DNA from: Candidatus Heimdallarchaeota archaeon
GTDB lineage: Archaea; Asgardarchaeota; Heimdallarchaeia; Heimdallarchaeales; Kariarchaeaceae
Reading direction: 5' to 3'
Assembly (NCBI GenBank): GCA_030149205.1
Contig: JASBSB010000003.1
Coordinates: 270,001-302,000 of the forward strand
DNA length: 32,000 bases
In this document: positions 1 through 9,397 of the stretch, piece after piece
Layout: each line of letters opens with the position of its first letter
Position numbering within the stretch: position 1 is the stretch's first letter
The notes under the pieces: model-generated
The model's input: only the letters and a program-made list of their open reading frames with translations
Told to the model about the DNA's origin: nothing
Databases searched by the model: none
Made by a program: the position numbers and the translations under genes

Positions 1-1
1 A

Positions 2-2629
2 AAAATTAGTTTAGAGAAAGATACCTCAATCCCAACGACCTCAATTCAGGATTATAAAGGTATTGCCTATACTTCCAACTTAGTTGGATTAAAGGTATTA
101 GACGATTCAGGAAATGGTACTCTCTCATCTGTGTTAGCCGGGGTGAACTGGGTATTGGCAAATCATAATACATATAATATCACAGTAGTAAATCTTAGTT
201 TAGGACTTGGTACTGTTTCTGTTAACTTGGATACTGCAATAAATGATTTAGCAAACGCAGGGGTGATACCTGTAGTAGCTGCGGGTAACGATGGCCCAAA
301 TGCACTAGGGGTGGGATCTCCTGGGTCTGCTGCATTAGCAATCACTGTTGGCGCTGTAAACCCTATGAATCAAATTACCTATTATAGCAGCAGAGGTACA
401 AGTTCATTTAACTCTCAAGTTATGAAGCCAGATGTACTTGCACCAGGAGGCTCAGCAGCGATACCAGGGTTAGCGGACAATTCAGCATACTTACCAGGAC
501 TTGGTGAGATAACTTCAGTTCAGTCTAATCTGCATTCAAGTCTGGGGTTATCGAAGAACAACCTACTAGACGAACAGGGTACCAGTATGGCCTCACCACA
601 TATTGCAGGATTGGCACAGGACCTAATAGGTTACTTGATTAATAATGGCACGTATGTCAAAAGTCTTGCAACTGTAAAGTTAATCAAAAATGCTATTTTA
701 GCTACAAGTTTTGAAGTAGCAAATATTTATGGTGGAGCTGAAAACTTAAATGGTGGACTGGCAGCTTCACCTACAATCGATAGGACAGGAAAAGATTATT
801 ATGAGGGATGGGGAGCAGCTAATGCTATGGCAGCACTTCAATTCCTTAAAAATTCACTAAAGGTGAACTCTGCCACTTCATTTAAATTGAGTCTATTAAA
901 TCCATTCCAACCGAAATCATATTCCGCAACCATCAATTTGATTGGAGGAACTAGTTACAATTTTACAGTAACTGTGCCCAGTGGTGCAGATGCAGATTTA
1001 TGGGTTGTTAATTCAGCTGGAAACTCGAATGGTGAACCTCAAATTTTAGCTTCAAGCACAAAAACTGGAAGTGTAAATGAATCACTGGTATTTACACCAG
1101 CACAATCAGGAGAGTATCACGTGGTGGTAAAGTTAGTTAACTCAGCAAACAGTGTGGATAATTTTGCATTATACGTTTTTGATCCTACTTATACCCCAAT
1201 TGTAGATTTCATTCAACCTTTAAATAATCATTATTATAACTCTTCCAGCCTTCAGGCTATTTTTAGCACCCCTGAAAACCTTGGTCAGATTTATTTAGAT
1301 AATGTTTTCCTTGGTTCCTCTGGTTCACCCTATCAACTACCAACTCTCACAGAAGGCGGTCATAATTTGACTGTTTGGACATCTAACCCTAGAACCGGTA
1401 AATCTGCAGGGAATACATCATTGTTCACCATCGATATTACAAAACCCACCCTTACTGGAAATCTAACGAATCTAAACACAGATAAGAATTTTATAGTGAC
1501 ATACTCGTCAACTGATAATTTTGCCATGGCAAATGTCTCACTGTATTTAGGAGGCACTTTAGCAGCCAGCTCAAATACTCCCTCTGGTAGTTTGACTGTG
1601 AATGTAGCCAGCTTTCCTCCAGGTACATACACAATGAACTTGGTCGCGATAGATAAAGCAGGAAATACAAAATCAATAACTGCAACTTTAGTATTAACAC
1701 ATGAAATTTACTTTGTTCCCAAACCAAGTGACATATTAGAATGGAGGAGTTCACCACAAACAATTACTTGGGAGGTCTACTCAAATAAACCTAAAAGTTA
1801 TAGTATATCTATTGATGGAACTAATATTATCAATAAAGTAACATGGGATGGAAAACCAATCTCATTTACTCATAACTTTACCAAGCTAGGAAACTTTGTG
1901 TTAAACCTCACAGTAACAACAACCACAGGAATTACACAGAAGATATTTACTGCTTTAACTATAAGAGACACACTTCCACCTCAGATTAGTGCAAATCTTA
2001 ATCCTGGGATATATGACGCAAGCAATTCTTATGATTTAACCTTCACATATAAAGAACCTTTCCCCTCATCAGTGAGTGTTCTCAAGGATAGTCAGACATT
2101 GGTTAGTATAAGCCCCTGGGATGGAAATCTAAATTTCTTGCCAATCAAACTTTCAAGTTCAAAAATTGGGATTACAGAGAATTATGTTATAAAAATCACC
2201 GATAGTTCAGGAAATACAGGTACTTCCTTACTCCCTATTGAATGGAGAGATTTAACCAAACCTCTTATTGAAAACATTACAAATGTGTTGATATCGAACA
2301 ATGAGTTAACGTACAAGTTTAGAGTTTATGATAAGTTTTTGGCAAATGTAAATGCCAGCTTCAATGACAAATTAGTTTTCTCAAATCCCACACCTAAAAT
2401 TAATGATACCTACACCATAAACGTTAAGAATTTACAGCCAGGATCATATACAATAAACATATTTGCAGATGACCTGGGTGGAAATCTTGTTCAAAAATTA
2501 ATTTCCTTTAAGCTAAACAAGATTTCATCCTCAGCCAACGCTGGGTTCCTTGAGATTGGAGTTTTACCATTGATTTTTAGCGGGTTACTAATTATTCTAA
2601 TTTACAACTATCACCGAAGAAGAAATTGA
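2..2629 (+). CDS. S8 subtilisin-like serine protease, 5'-truncated by the window edge; followed by a PPC-like domain, Ig-like repeats and a C-terminal AGF-TM-basic anchor
   Basis: The frame is open from base 2 (KISLEK...YKGIAYTSNLVGLKVLDDSGNG), so the ORF-track start at 131 is not the true start. Oxyanion motif AAGNDGP and catalytic Ser motif GTSMASPH are present; catalytic Asp and His lie upstream of the window. Repeated DxTxP Ig-like boundaries; tail SSSANAGF-hydrophobic-RRRN. Confidence 0.93.
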   Translation, partial: KISLEKDTSIPTTSIQDYKGIAYTSNLVGLKVLDDSGNGTLSSVLAGVNWVLANHNTYNITVVNLSLGLGTVSVNLDTAINDLANAGVIPVVAAGNDGPNALGVGSPGSAALAITVGAVNPMNQITYYSSRGTSSFNSQVMKPDVLAPGGSAAIPGLADNSAYLPGLGEITSVQSNLHSSLGLSKNNLLDEQGTSMASPHIAGLAQDLIGYLINNGTYVKSLATVKLIKNAILATSFEVANIYGGAENLNGGLAASPTIDRTGKDYYEGWGAANAMAALQFLKNSLKVNSATSFKLSLLNPFQPKSYSATINLIGGTSYNFTVTVPSGADADLWVVNSAGNSNGEPQILASSTKTGSVNESLVFTPAQSGEYHVVVKLVNSANSVDNFALYVFDPTYTPIVDFIQPLNNHYYNSSSLQAIFSTPENLGQIYLDNVFLGSSGSPYQLPTLTEGGHNLTVWTSNPRTGKSAGNTSLFTIDITKPTLTGNLTNLNTDKNFIVTYSSTDNFAMANVSLYLGGTLAASSNTPSGSLTVNVASFPPGTYTMNLVAIDKAGNTKSITATLVLTHEIYFVPKPSDILEWRSSPQTITWEVYSNKPKSYSISIDGTNIINKVTWDGKPISFTHNFTKLGNFVLNLTVTTTTGITQKIFTALTIRDTLPPQISANLNPGIYDASNSYDLTFTYKEPFPSSVSVLKDSQTLVSISPWDGNLNFLPIKLSSSKIGITENYVIKITDSSGNTGTSLLPIEWRDLTKPLIENITNVLISNNELTYKFRVYDKFLANVNASFNDKLVFSNPTPKINDTYTINVKNLQPGSYTINIFADDLGGNLVQKLISFKLNKISSSANAGFLEIGVLPLIFSGLLIILIYNYHRRRN

Positions 2630-2690
2630 TTAGCTAATTTAATAGATAATTACTGGAAAATATTGCATATAATTGACACTATACGTAGAA

Positions 2691-4397
2691 TTAGGGATGT
2701 CTAAATACATAGGTATCAGAGTGAACCAATGCGTCAACAACCCAGCCACCTTCTGCTAAGTATTTAACATAAAAGGGGTAGAGATCAAGTTTATACTTAG
2801 GGATCACTGCATAGTTATAACCACTAGAGAATTGAGAATCGAAGACTGATTTTGCAGTAAGTGGGAATTGCTCGTTAAAATTAACCCAAAAGACGCTCAC
2901 ATTCCTGTGAAGGTAAGTAAAGGCACCTGTCCAAAACCACTTTTCAACAATAATGACACCTTTTAGATTGACAGCAACCCTGTTAATATGTTCTAATGCT
3001 GCGTTTGTCCCCTCATTAAATGTCACTGGAGCTGTAGAGGGGTTATAAAATGAACCTATACTCGTCAACGCAAACAATACCATGAGAAAAAAGACGAGAT
3101 AAGTTTGTAAATCAAAACTCGGTCTCTTTAATCGAGATTTGGGTACTGATGAAGAATTGTTTCCCTTTTCTTTCACAATATATGTAATCATAAAGATAAA
3201 CTGAGCCAAAATAATCAGGAGAAGAACCGATAGGTTTGAAACAAATCTCTCCTCTTTGTGACTCATAGATTCCCAAAAAAACGGTAATGATCTCCAAGGT
3301 GACTCATAAATCAGCCAGGCAAGGACAAGCATTAAGAACGTCATGTCCAAATTTTTTCTTTGAGTTCTAATGACTTCATTAAAATCAAACATACTAGGCT
3401 TGAATAAACGGATTAAATAGTAAATCAGAATTGAACTAACCCATAATAACAACCCAGGCTTATACACCAGGTAGTATGCATAAGCTCCAAAGGGAACCAA
3501 ACCAAAGATGTCTGAGTATGACTTAATGATGTTAAATCTAAACCATTGGAGTGGAACCGTCCCAAAGTCAACAATACTGGTGGAATGATAAAGGATAAAA
3601 TCCAATGACATTCCTAAGATCCAACCTAGTAGCATTAACAACCCAATTTTAACCCATTTTGTCATATACACCTTGACTTGTCTTTGATATCTAAATAGGT
3701 AAATCATCAAGAAAAAGCTAGCCAGTAGAATTAGAAGGTCAAGACGGGTATAGGTGACAACCCCAAGACAAAAAATTACAATTAAAGAATCCCGAGCCTT
3801 AATTTCATGATCAGATTTTAAGTATTTTAGAACTACATATAACCCGAAGAAATACTCTGGTAGAAACACAGTGTTATACAGCAACCTAGTGCTAAAATAC
3901 AAAAGCCTCCAATTTATTGCCACCATAAATCCGGCGAGGTATCCAATTTTCTTATTTTCTGTCACTTCTGTGGTTAATTTGTAAACTGCTGGAATTAATA
4001 GGATCGAATTAAATGCTGCTGTTAAATGAATCAATGTAAGAGTTCCATCATAATAATCCAGATGTAAGAAAGTCCCAATACGGAACATTATACTAATCAG
4101 AAATGGTAAGACCCAAGAACGAGATCTTGCATACTCTGGTATACCTGGATTTGTCTGCTGAAATTCAGCAGGAACATACCCGTATCCAAATGCAAGATAA
4201 TGGCCCATCTCTATACTTTGAAAGACTTCATCAGGGTGAGTCATCCCAGTGTATACTATAGAGACCAATATTCTAACCAAAGAGCCAATTACAAATCCAA
4301 AAACATACAAGGAAAAGAAAGGATTATTTTTTATAAATTGAATTGAAAGTTTAGAATTGAGTGTGTCACTCTCAGAAACTCTTGATTCAATGTCCAT
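2691..4397 (-). CDS. PIG-B/Alg9-like (GT22, GT-C fold) polyprenol-phosphate-mannose-dependent mannosyltransferase
   Basis: Multi-pass membrane protein. HPDEVFQSIEMGHYLAFGYGY...RSWVLP matches the PIG-B first luminal loop (PDEYWQSLEVxHxxVFxYGY...RSYxxP); HKEERF matches the HKExRF motif; C-terminal soluble domain TGAFTYLHRN. Confidence 0.82.
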   Translation of the reverse strand: MDIESRVSESDTLNSKLSIQFIKNNPFFSLYVFGFVIGSLVRILVSIVYTGMTHPDEVFQSIEMGHYLAFGYGYVPAEFQQTNPGIPEYARSRSWVLPFLISIMFRIGTFLHLDYYDGTLTLIHLTAAFNSILLIPAVYKLTTEVTENKKIGYLAGFMVAINWRLLYFSTRLLYNTVFLPEYFFGLYVVLKYLKSDHEIKARDSLIVIFCLGVVTYTRLDLLILLASFFLMIYLFRYQRQVKVYMTKWVKIGLLMLLGWILGMSLDFILYHSTSIVDFGTVPLQWFRFNIIKSYSDIFGLVPFGAYAYYLVYKPGLLLWVSSILIYYLIRLFKPSMFDFNEVIRTQRKNLDMTFLMLVLAWLIYESPWRSLPFFWESMSHKEERFVSNLSVLLLIILAQFIFMITYIVKEKGNNSSSVPKSRLKRPSFDLQTYLVFFLMVLFALTSIGSFYNPSTAPVTFNEGTNAALEHINRVAVNLKGVIIVEKWFWTGAFTYLHRNVSVFWVNFNEQFPLTAKSVFDSQFSSGYNYAVIPKYKLDLYPFYVKYLAEGGWVVDALVHSDTYVFRHP

Positions 4398-4452
4398 ATA
4401 AGCGACATAATTTAATTGACTTAAGGGTATTTTTGTTACAACCTAGTTTGCT

Positions 4453-6909
4453 TCATTCATCTGATTCAAATTTAACTTTTACTGTAAAATCTGTGATATC
4501 TAACTTTGCATCCTCCTGAAAAGTTGTAGAAAACTCAAATATCCCATGCATGGCTTTTATATCTGCTTCTAGTTTGATAAGTGGGGTGGGGATGTTTGCA
4601 AACCTAAGTGATGAGCGTAGAGATATACCATTCTCTTGTTTTAATTTCCAGATAGCACTGTTATATTCAACAAGTAAATCTGTTACATTGTTATCAAAAT
4701 CAATTTCAACTAACTCTGGGAACAACGATTTGTGTACACTTTTATCAAAGAGTTCTCTATAGATGTAATCTGTGATAAAGGGAGTAATTGGTGCAATTAA
4801 CCTAATTATTGCATCTAAACACGTATACAGAGTCAGTTTTGCTCCTTTTGACTCAAGTTCACTAAACTGACCATTACGATTGTATGCTCTTGATTTGACT
4901 AGCTCCATATATTGGGAAGCGAATAAGTCTGTTGTAAATTTTCTAATACTCCTTGTCGCAGGATGGAAGTCAAAGGAGGTATATCCTGCAAGAGATTCCG
5001 TAATAGTGTTATTTAATTCACTTAAAATCCATTTATCCGTGTTTTGAAGTTCACCGGATTCAGGACGGTCAAAGCTGGCAATAAAGCGAGAAATGTTATA
5101 TAATTTATTAAGAAATTTAGAACCACCCTTCAACCTTTCTTCTGAAAATCTTATGTCGGACCCTACTGAAGCTTCCATACACCCAAAGAATCTAAGGGCA
5201 TCTCCTCCATATCTTTCAAGCATTATTTCAGGGTTAACAGAATTTCCCTTTCTTTTGCTCATTTTTTCCCCTGATTCTGTTACAACATGTCCTGAAATCC
5301 ATGCATGTTGAAAAGCTGGTTTATCAAAGAGCTGGTGAATTCGAAGCATGGTATAGTGGAACCAAGTTCTTACTATATCCTTACCTTGAGGACGCATGTT
5401 TGCCAGATAAGGTCTAGTTGAAGCAATATTGATTAGCTTATCAGTCTCGATGTTGTTGGGATATTTTGTTACATAATAAGCTGATATGCTTGAATCTACC
5501 CAAGTATCAAATGTTCTTTCATCCCCTCTGAATTTCTTGTTTCCACATTTTTCACATTTTTCAAATGGAGGATCGTCTTTCCATGGTTGATAGTAAGGGC
5601 CTGGAGGAGGAACCATAGGATGTTCACATTTTGTACAGTACCAAACGGGGACCTCAGTCCCATAAAACCTTCTTCTAGAAATTGGCCAGTCTATTGAGAC
5701 CCTATCTAACCAATTCATCCAAATTTGCTTCATGAAATCTGGGTGAAATTCGACCTTCTCACTGTATTCTCTAAGTGTTGGCACAAATTCATTCTGTTTG
5801 AGATAGTATTCTTTCATTCCAATAAACTCAATCGGAGCACCTGAACGTTCCGATACAGGAAATCTATAGGGTACTACTTTTTCACCTACAATGGCTCCAA
5901 TTTCTCTTAACCTTTTAACAATTTTCTCCCTACCCTCCTTTATTTTCATCCCAGCAAACTCTCCAGTCTGTTCTGTCAATCGTCCATTGGTATCAATTGC
6001 ATATACTGGGTCTAAATCAAATTCTCGTATCACTCTAACATCCTGAATATCACCGTATGAGCAAATTTGAACAATACCGCTTCCAAATTCTGGATCAGCC
6101 ATTGGATGCTTTCTAATTTTTACAGATATATTCCAAAGGGGAATAATCGCAGTCTTACCTTCGAGCTGTGAGTATCTATTGTCCTCTGGATTGAACACAA
6201 TTGTTCTAATCGCAGGGATTAACTCGGGTCGAGTTGTAGAAAAATGGAATTTTTCATTTGTCTCTTTTATTCTGAATTGGATATCATAGAGTGGGTGCTC
6301 TCCCTCTTCATATTCAATCTCAGCATCTGCAACTGTTGTTTGAAGTCTATAGTCCCAATTATTAGGCCGATCATCTTCATATACCAATCCCTTCTTCCAA
6401 ACCTCTATGAACGTCTCCTGAGTTAACGCACGATATTGAGGGTCATCTGTTCTGTAAACAGAATCCCATTCAAAGGAGTTTGCACTTAATCCTAGCTTGT
6501 AAGCCACATCTAGAACTGCTTTCCCATATTTGTTCAGAATTTTTTGACAGAGATCCAAAAAGTCAGCTCTCGGTACATTGTGCATGTTAACTTTGAATTC
6601 TTTTTCTGCGGCAATTTCTATAGGAAGACCGTTTCTATCCAACCCCATCGGGAAATGAACCGAATGACCCTTCATTCGCATGATTCGAGCAATCATATCT
6701 ATTTGAGAATAATGAATTGCACCACCCATGTGCCATGGAGCATTTGTATAAGGAGGAGGAGTGTCAATTGTAAAAAGAGAGGATTGATCCGTTATGGTAT
6801 CAGGGTTGAACTGATATAACCTCTCATCTTGCCACAAATTGAATATTTCCTCTTCTTGTATTTTGAAATTATACTTCTTTTTTGACAATCTCTTTTTCTC
6901 TTTTGACAT
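4453..6909 (-). CDS. valS: Valyl-tRNA synthetase, archaeal type
   Basis: TIDTPPPY...HMGG (HIGH), GEKMSKRKGN (KMSKS), DWPISRRRFYGTEVPVW, FDTWVDSS. ATG at 6909 preferred over TTG at 6915. Confidence 0.96.
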   Translation of the reverse strand: MSKEKKRLSKKKYNFKIQEEEIFNLWQDERLYQFNPDTITDQSSLFTIDTPPPYTNAPWHMGGAIHYSQIDMIARIMRMKGHSVHFPMGLDRNGLPIEIAAEKEFKVNMHNVPRADFLDLCQKILNKYGKAVLDVAYKLGLSANSFEWDSVYRTDDPQYRALTQETFIEVWKKGLVYEDDRPNNWDYRLQTTVADAEIEYEEGEHPLYDIQFRIKETNEKFHFSTTRPELIPAIRTIVFNPEDNRYSQLEGKTAIIPLWNISVKIRKHPMADPEFGSGIVQICSYGDIQDVRVIREFDLDPVYAIDTNGRLTEQTGEFAGMKIKEGREKIVKRLREIGAIVGEKVVPYRFPVSERSGAPIEFIGMKEYYLKQNEFVPTLREYSEKVEFHPDFMKQIWMNWLDRVSIDWPISRRRFYGTEVPVWYCTKCEHPMVPPPGPYYQPWKDDPPFEKCEKCGNKKFRGDERTFDTWVDSSISAYYVTKYPNNIETDKLINIASTRPYLANMRPQGKDIVRTWFHYTMLRIHQLFDKPAFQHAWISGHVVTESGEKMSKRKGNSVNPEIMLERYGGDALRFFGCMEASVGSDIRFSEERLKGGSKFLNKLYNISRFIASFDRPESGELQNTDKWILSELNNTITESLAGYTSFDFHPATRSIRKFTTDLFASQYMELVKSRAYNRNGQFSELESKGAKLTLYTCLDAIIRLIAPITPFITDYIYRELFDKSVHKSLFPELVEIDFDNNVTDLLVEYNSAIWKLKQENGISLRSSLRFANIPTPLIKLEADIKAMHGIFEFSTTFQEDAKLDITDFTVKVKFESDE

Positions 6910-6921
6910 ATTCAAAACTAC

Positions 6922-6943
6922 TCAGATTACCCTCATAATCTGA
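6922..6943. promoter_or_regulatory. Perfect 8-bp inverted repeat between the Rab-like gene and valS (operator or hairpin candidate)
   Basis: TCAGATTA-ccctca-TAATCTGA, 12 nt upstream of the valS ATG and just downstream of a TTTTAAAG TATA-like box on the minus strand. Confidence 0.45.
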
Positions 6944-6997
6944 TCTTTAAAACTTATAGATAAATTAGAGACATGAATTCCTGTGGGGAAGAATAAA

Positions 6998-7579
6998 CTA
7001 AAACAATCCATTTTCCTCTAGTTTCTCTATTATAAATTTGAAAATATCTTCAACATTCTCCCCACTTTTTGCTGAAGTTCTAACTAAGGTAATTCGATCA
7101 TCAAATTTGCTTTTATACTCTTCAAACTTCTTTAAAACCCTTTTTTCATTAACAATTTGAATATCATCAGAGTTTGATTTAATAAGATCTAGCTTGTTTC
7201 CTACCAAAACAATTGGAATAGATTCTACTGTTTCATAACCAACCTCATTTGTAACTTCCTCTATCCAATTATCTAGATGATCAAAGGAATCTGGGTCTAC
7301 CAGACTAAAGATCAGAACTATGGCATTTAAATCATCATAATATAATCTCCTAACTGCCTGAAAATCCTTTTGACCTGCAATGTCCCAGATTTGTAAAACT
7401 ATATTGCTCACCCCACGGTTGATTCGTTTTACTGCAAAATCTGCTCCCACAGTCAGAGAATAACTCTGTGCAAAATTATCCCCAAAATAACTCTTTCTGA
7501 TACTGGTTTTACCAACTCTTGCATCTCCTAAAAGAATTACTTTTAATTGAACTGTGAGTGGTTCATCGAACACAAACAA
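6998..7579 (-). CDS. Rab-like small GTPase (Ras superfamily)
   Basis: G1 GDARVGKT, G2/RabF1 TVGADF, G3 LQIWDIAGQ, G4 GNKLD, G5 TSAK. TTG start preceded by GAGGAG. No C-terminal Cys. Confidence 0.93.
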   Translation of the reverse strand: MFVFDEPLTVQLKVILLGDARVGKTSIRKSYFGDNFAQSYSLTVGADFAVKRINRGVSNIVLQIWDIAGQKDFQAVRRLYYDDLNAIVLIFSLVDPDSFDHLDNWIEEVTNEVGYETVESIPIVLVGNKLDLIKSNSDDIQIVNEKRVLKKFEEYKSKFDDRITLVRTSAKSGENVEDIFKFIIEKLEENGLF

Positions 7580-7677
7580 TATACGAACTCCTCTTATTAA
7601 AGGAGTATCATAAAATATCTCGGTATATTCTAACTTTTGTAAAATTTTAGAAAAACAAAAAGAAAATTACTTATATA

Positions 7678-9393
7678 TTAATAATTATTTGGGGAATATT
7701 TTTTCAATTTTAATTTTTTAATTTTAGTAAGATCCAACTCAAAGCAGGAGACTGGGACTTTGATCCCAAAGTTTTCAAGAACCTCTATTTTTACCTCACC
7801 AATAGCTCCCAATTTTGTTGAATCCTCGCTGAATACTGTTGCACTTCGACCATCTATCAGTTCAGACATCTCTGAAACTTCTAATTTGTATTTTACTTTA
7901 ATTGAATTGAAGAAAGCATCTAAAATACGGTGCGATGTTTCGAACGTCTCATTTGCACCAGCCAAAAGCACTGCAAGATGAGTTTTAGTCACAGGTATAT
8001 TGTTCTTATAGATCGTAATTTCACCAGTTTCAAAAATATGATGAGGAAAGGGTGCTTCGATATTTTTTGAGGTAAACCTGATTAATCCACTTAAAAGGTC
8101 AGGTCTTAATATGGAATAACTTTGTGAGACTGGGTTCTTAAGATACACGACTTTGTTTTTAAAATCTAACCCTCTTGACATCTTTGTGACCACTGAATCT
8201 AAATCTGTAAGATTGTAATTCAATATTTCCTGAAGGGAGGCCCCAACCATTATTTCTCTTATCATATTTTCTTTTTCAGTAGATAGATCTAAGGCACCTT
8301 GGGTAAAGAGGTTTGGAATTCTGACATTAAACAAGTTATAATCTGATGCGATGGCAATTTCTTCACTCAAATCAACCCAGTGAATAACATCTTGCCTGTA
8401 AGGGGGAAGTTCTACCTGTAATTGATCTCCATGATCTTTTGCATCTAGCCTTCGTTTTCGCAATAATTTCAAAAGTCTGGCTTCAGAGAATCTTGTACCA
8501 AGATATCGATTTACCTCCTTCTTTGTCAAATTCATTTTCAAAGTTGATTGGGTGGGAGTTATGATTGTTTTCGAATGGTAATTTATTAACACTGACTCAA
8601 CTTTAGCCCCTCTATCTTGTAGTATTTGGGCGAAAAGATCTGTAACTTGATTTACAGCTATTTCATTTGTTCCTGTTACCTCCAACAGAACATTTTCTGT
8701 GGATTCTGTAATTCTTCCGACATCATTAGAATTTATAATAGGAGGCATGGAAAGAACCCTGTTGTTTGAATCTATAAGCATTGGAACCATTGTAAATGGC
8801 TTTAGAATGTTTTCATATTCTATACCCTTTGGATGCTGCTTAAAAATCTCATCAACTGTAAGCTCTTTGTCAAACTGAAGAGGTACAAATTTGAAATCCC
8901 TCCCTACTGTGGTGTATTGTATTGGACTTGAAATCAAATGTAAATTGTAAAGTCCTATGGAGGTTCTCTTTCGCTTTCGACCAAAAGAAAAATCTAGTTT
9001 GTCCTGAGCCTGTATAAATTGTTTTATTAAGAAATTATCTAATTTTAGACCCTTTGCAATAACAGCCCCAATGTATGGTCGAATCTCTTTTACACTTTCA
9101 TCAACAATGATTTCATATGTAGAGCTTGGGAACTTAAAATTTGGAAGACCAGGTTTGTCTAACATCCCCCGAATCTCTCTTGCAAGGCCTTCTGCAGACC
9201 ACAAATCAGGTCGGTTTGCAGTCTTAACGTCTACTGAAATTTTAGTATGACCATTTTCATCTGGTCCCTCTGGGTCTGAATCTACCTCTGCCTTGGCAAA
9301 TGCCAAGTATTTGTCTAATTCAACAACAGTTAGTGCTTCTTTTTTACCCAAAAGCTCTGAAAAATCTTCTATTGAAATATCTATAGTAACCAT
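7678..9393 (-). CDS. pheT: Phenylalanyl-tRNA synthetase beta subunit, archaeal/eukaryotic type
   Basis: NRPDLWSAEGLAR, QDKLD..GRKRKRTSIGLY, PPIINS, PPYRQDVIHWVDLSEEIAI, NPVSQSYSILRPDLL; SD GGAGTGA; 3 nt after the pheS stop. Confidence 0.96.
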   Translation of the reverse strand: MVTIDISIEDFSELLGKKEALTVVELDKYLAFAKAEVDSDPEGPDENGHTKISVDVKTANRPDLWSAEGLAREIRGMLDKPGLPNFKFPSSTYEIIVDESVKEIRPYIGAVIAKGLKLDNFLIKQFIQAQDKLDFSFGRKRKRTSIGLYNLHLISSPIQYTTVGRDFKFVPLQFDKELTVDEIFKQHPKGIEYENILKPFTMVPMLIDSNNRVLSMPPIINSNDVGRITESTENVLLEVTGTNEIAVNQVTDLFAQILQDRGAKVESVLINYHSKTIITPTQSTLKMNLTKKEVNRYLGTRFSEARLLKLLRKRRLDAKDHGDQLQVELPPYRQDVIHWVDLSEEIAIASDYNLFNVRIPNLFTQGALDLSTEKENMIREIMVGASLQEILNYNLTDLDSVVTKMSRGLDFKNKVVYLKNPVSQSYSILRPDLLSGLIRFTSKNIEAPFPHHIFETGEITIYKNNIPVTKTHLAVLLAGANETFETSHRILDAFFNSIKVKYKLEVSEMSELIDGRSATVFSEDSTKLGAIGEVKIEVLENFGIKVPVSCFELDLTKIKKLKLKKYSPNNY

Positions 9394-9397
9394 TTTA

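Noticed and set aside
6998-7579. Eukaryotic contamination as the source of the Rab-like and PIG-B-like genes
   Set aside because: Intronless, archaeal SD and TATA signals, uniform AT-rich composition, tightly flanked by archaeal-type aaRS genes.
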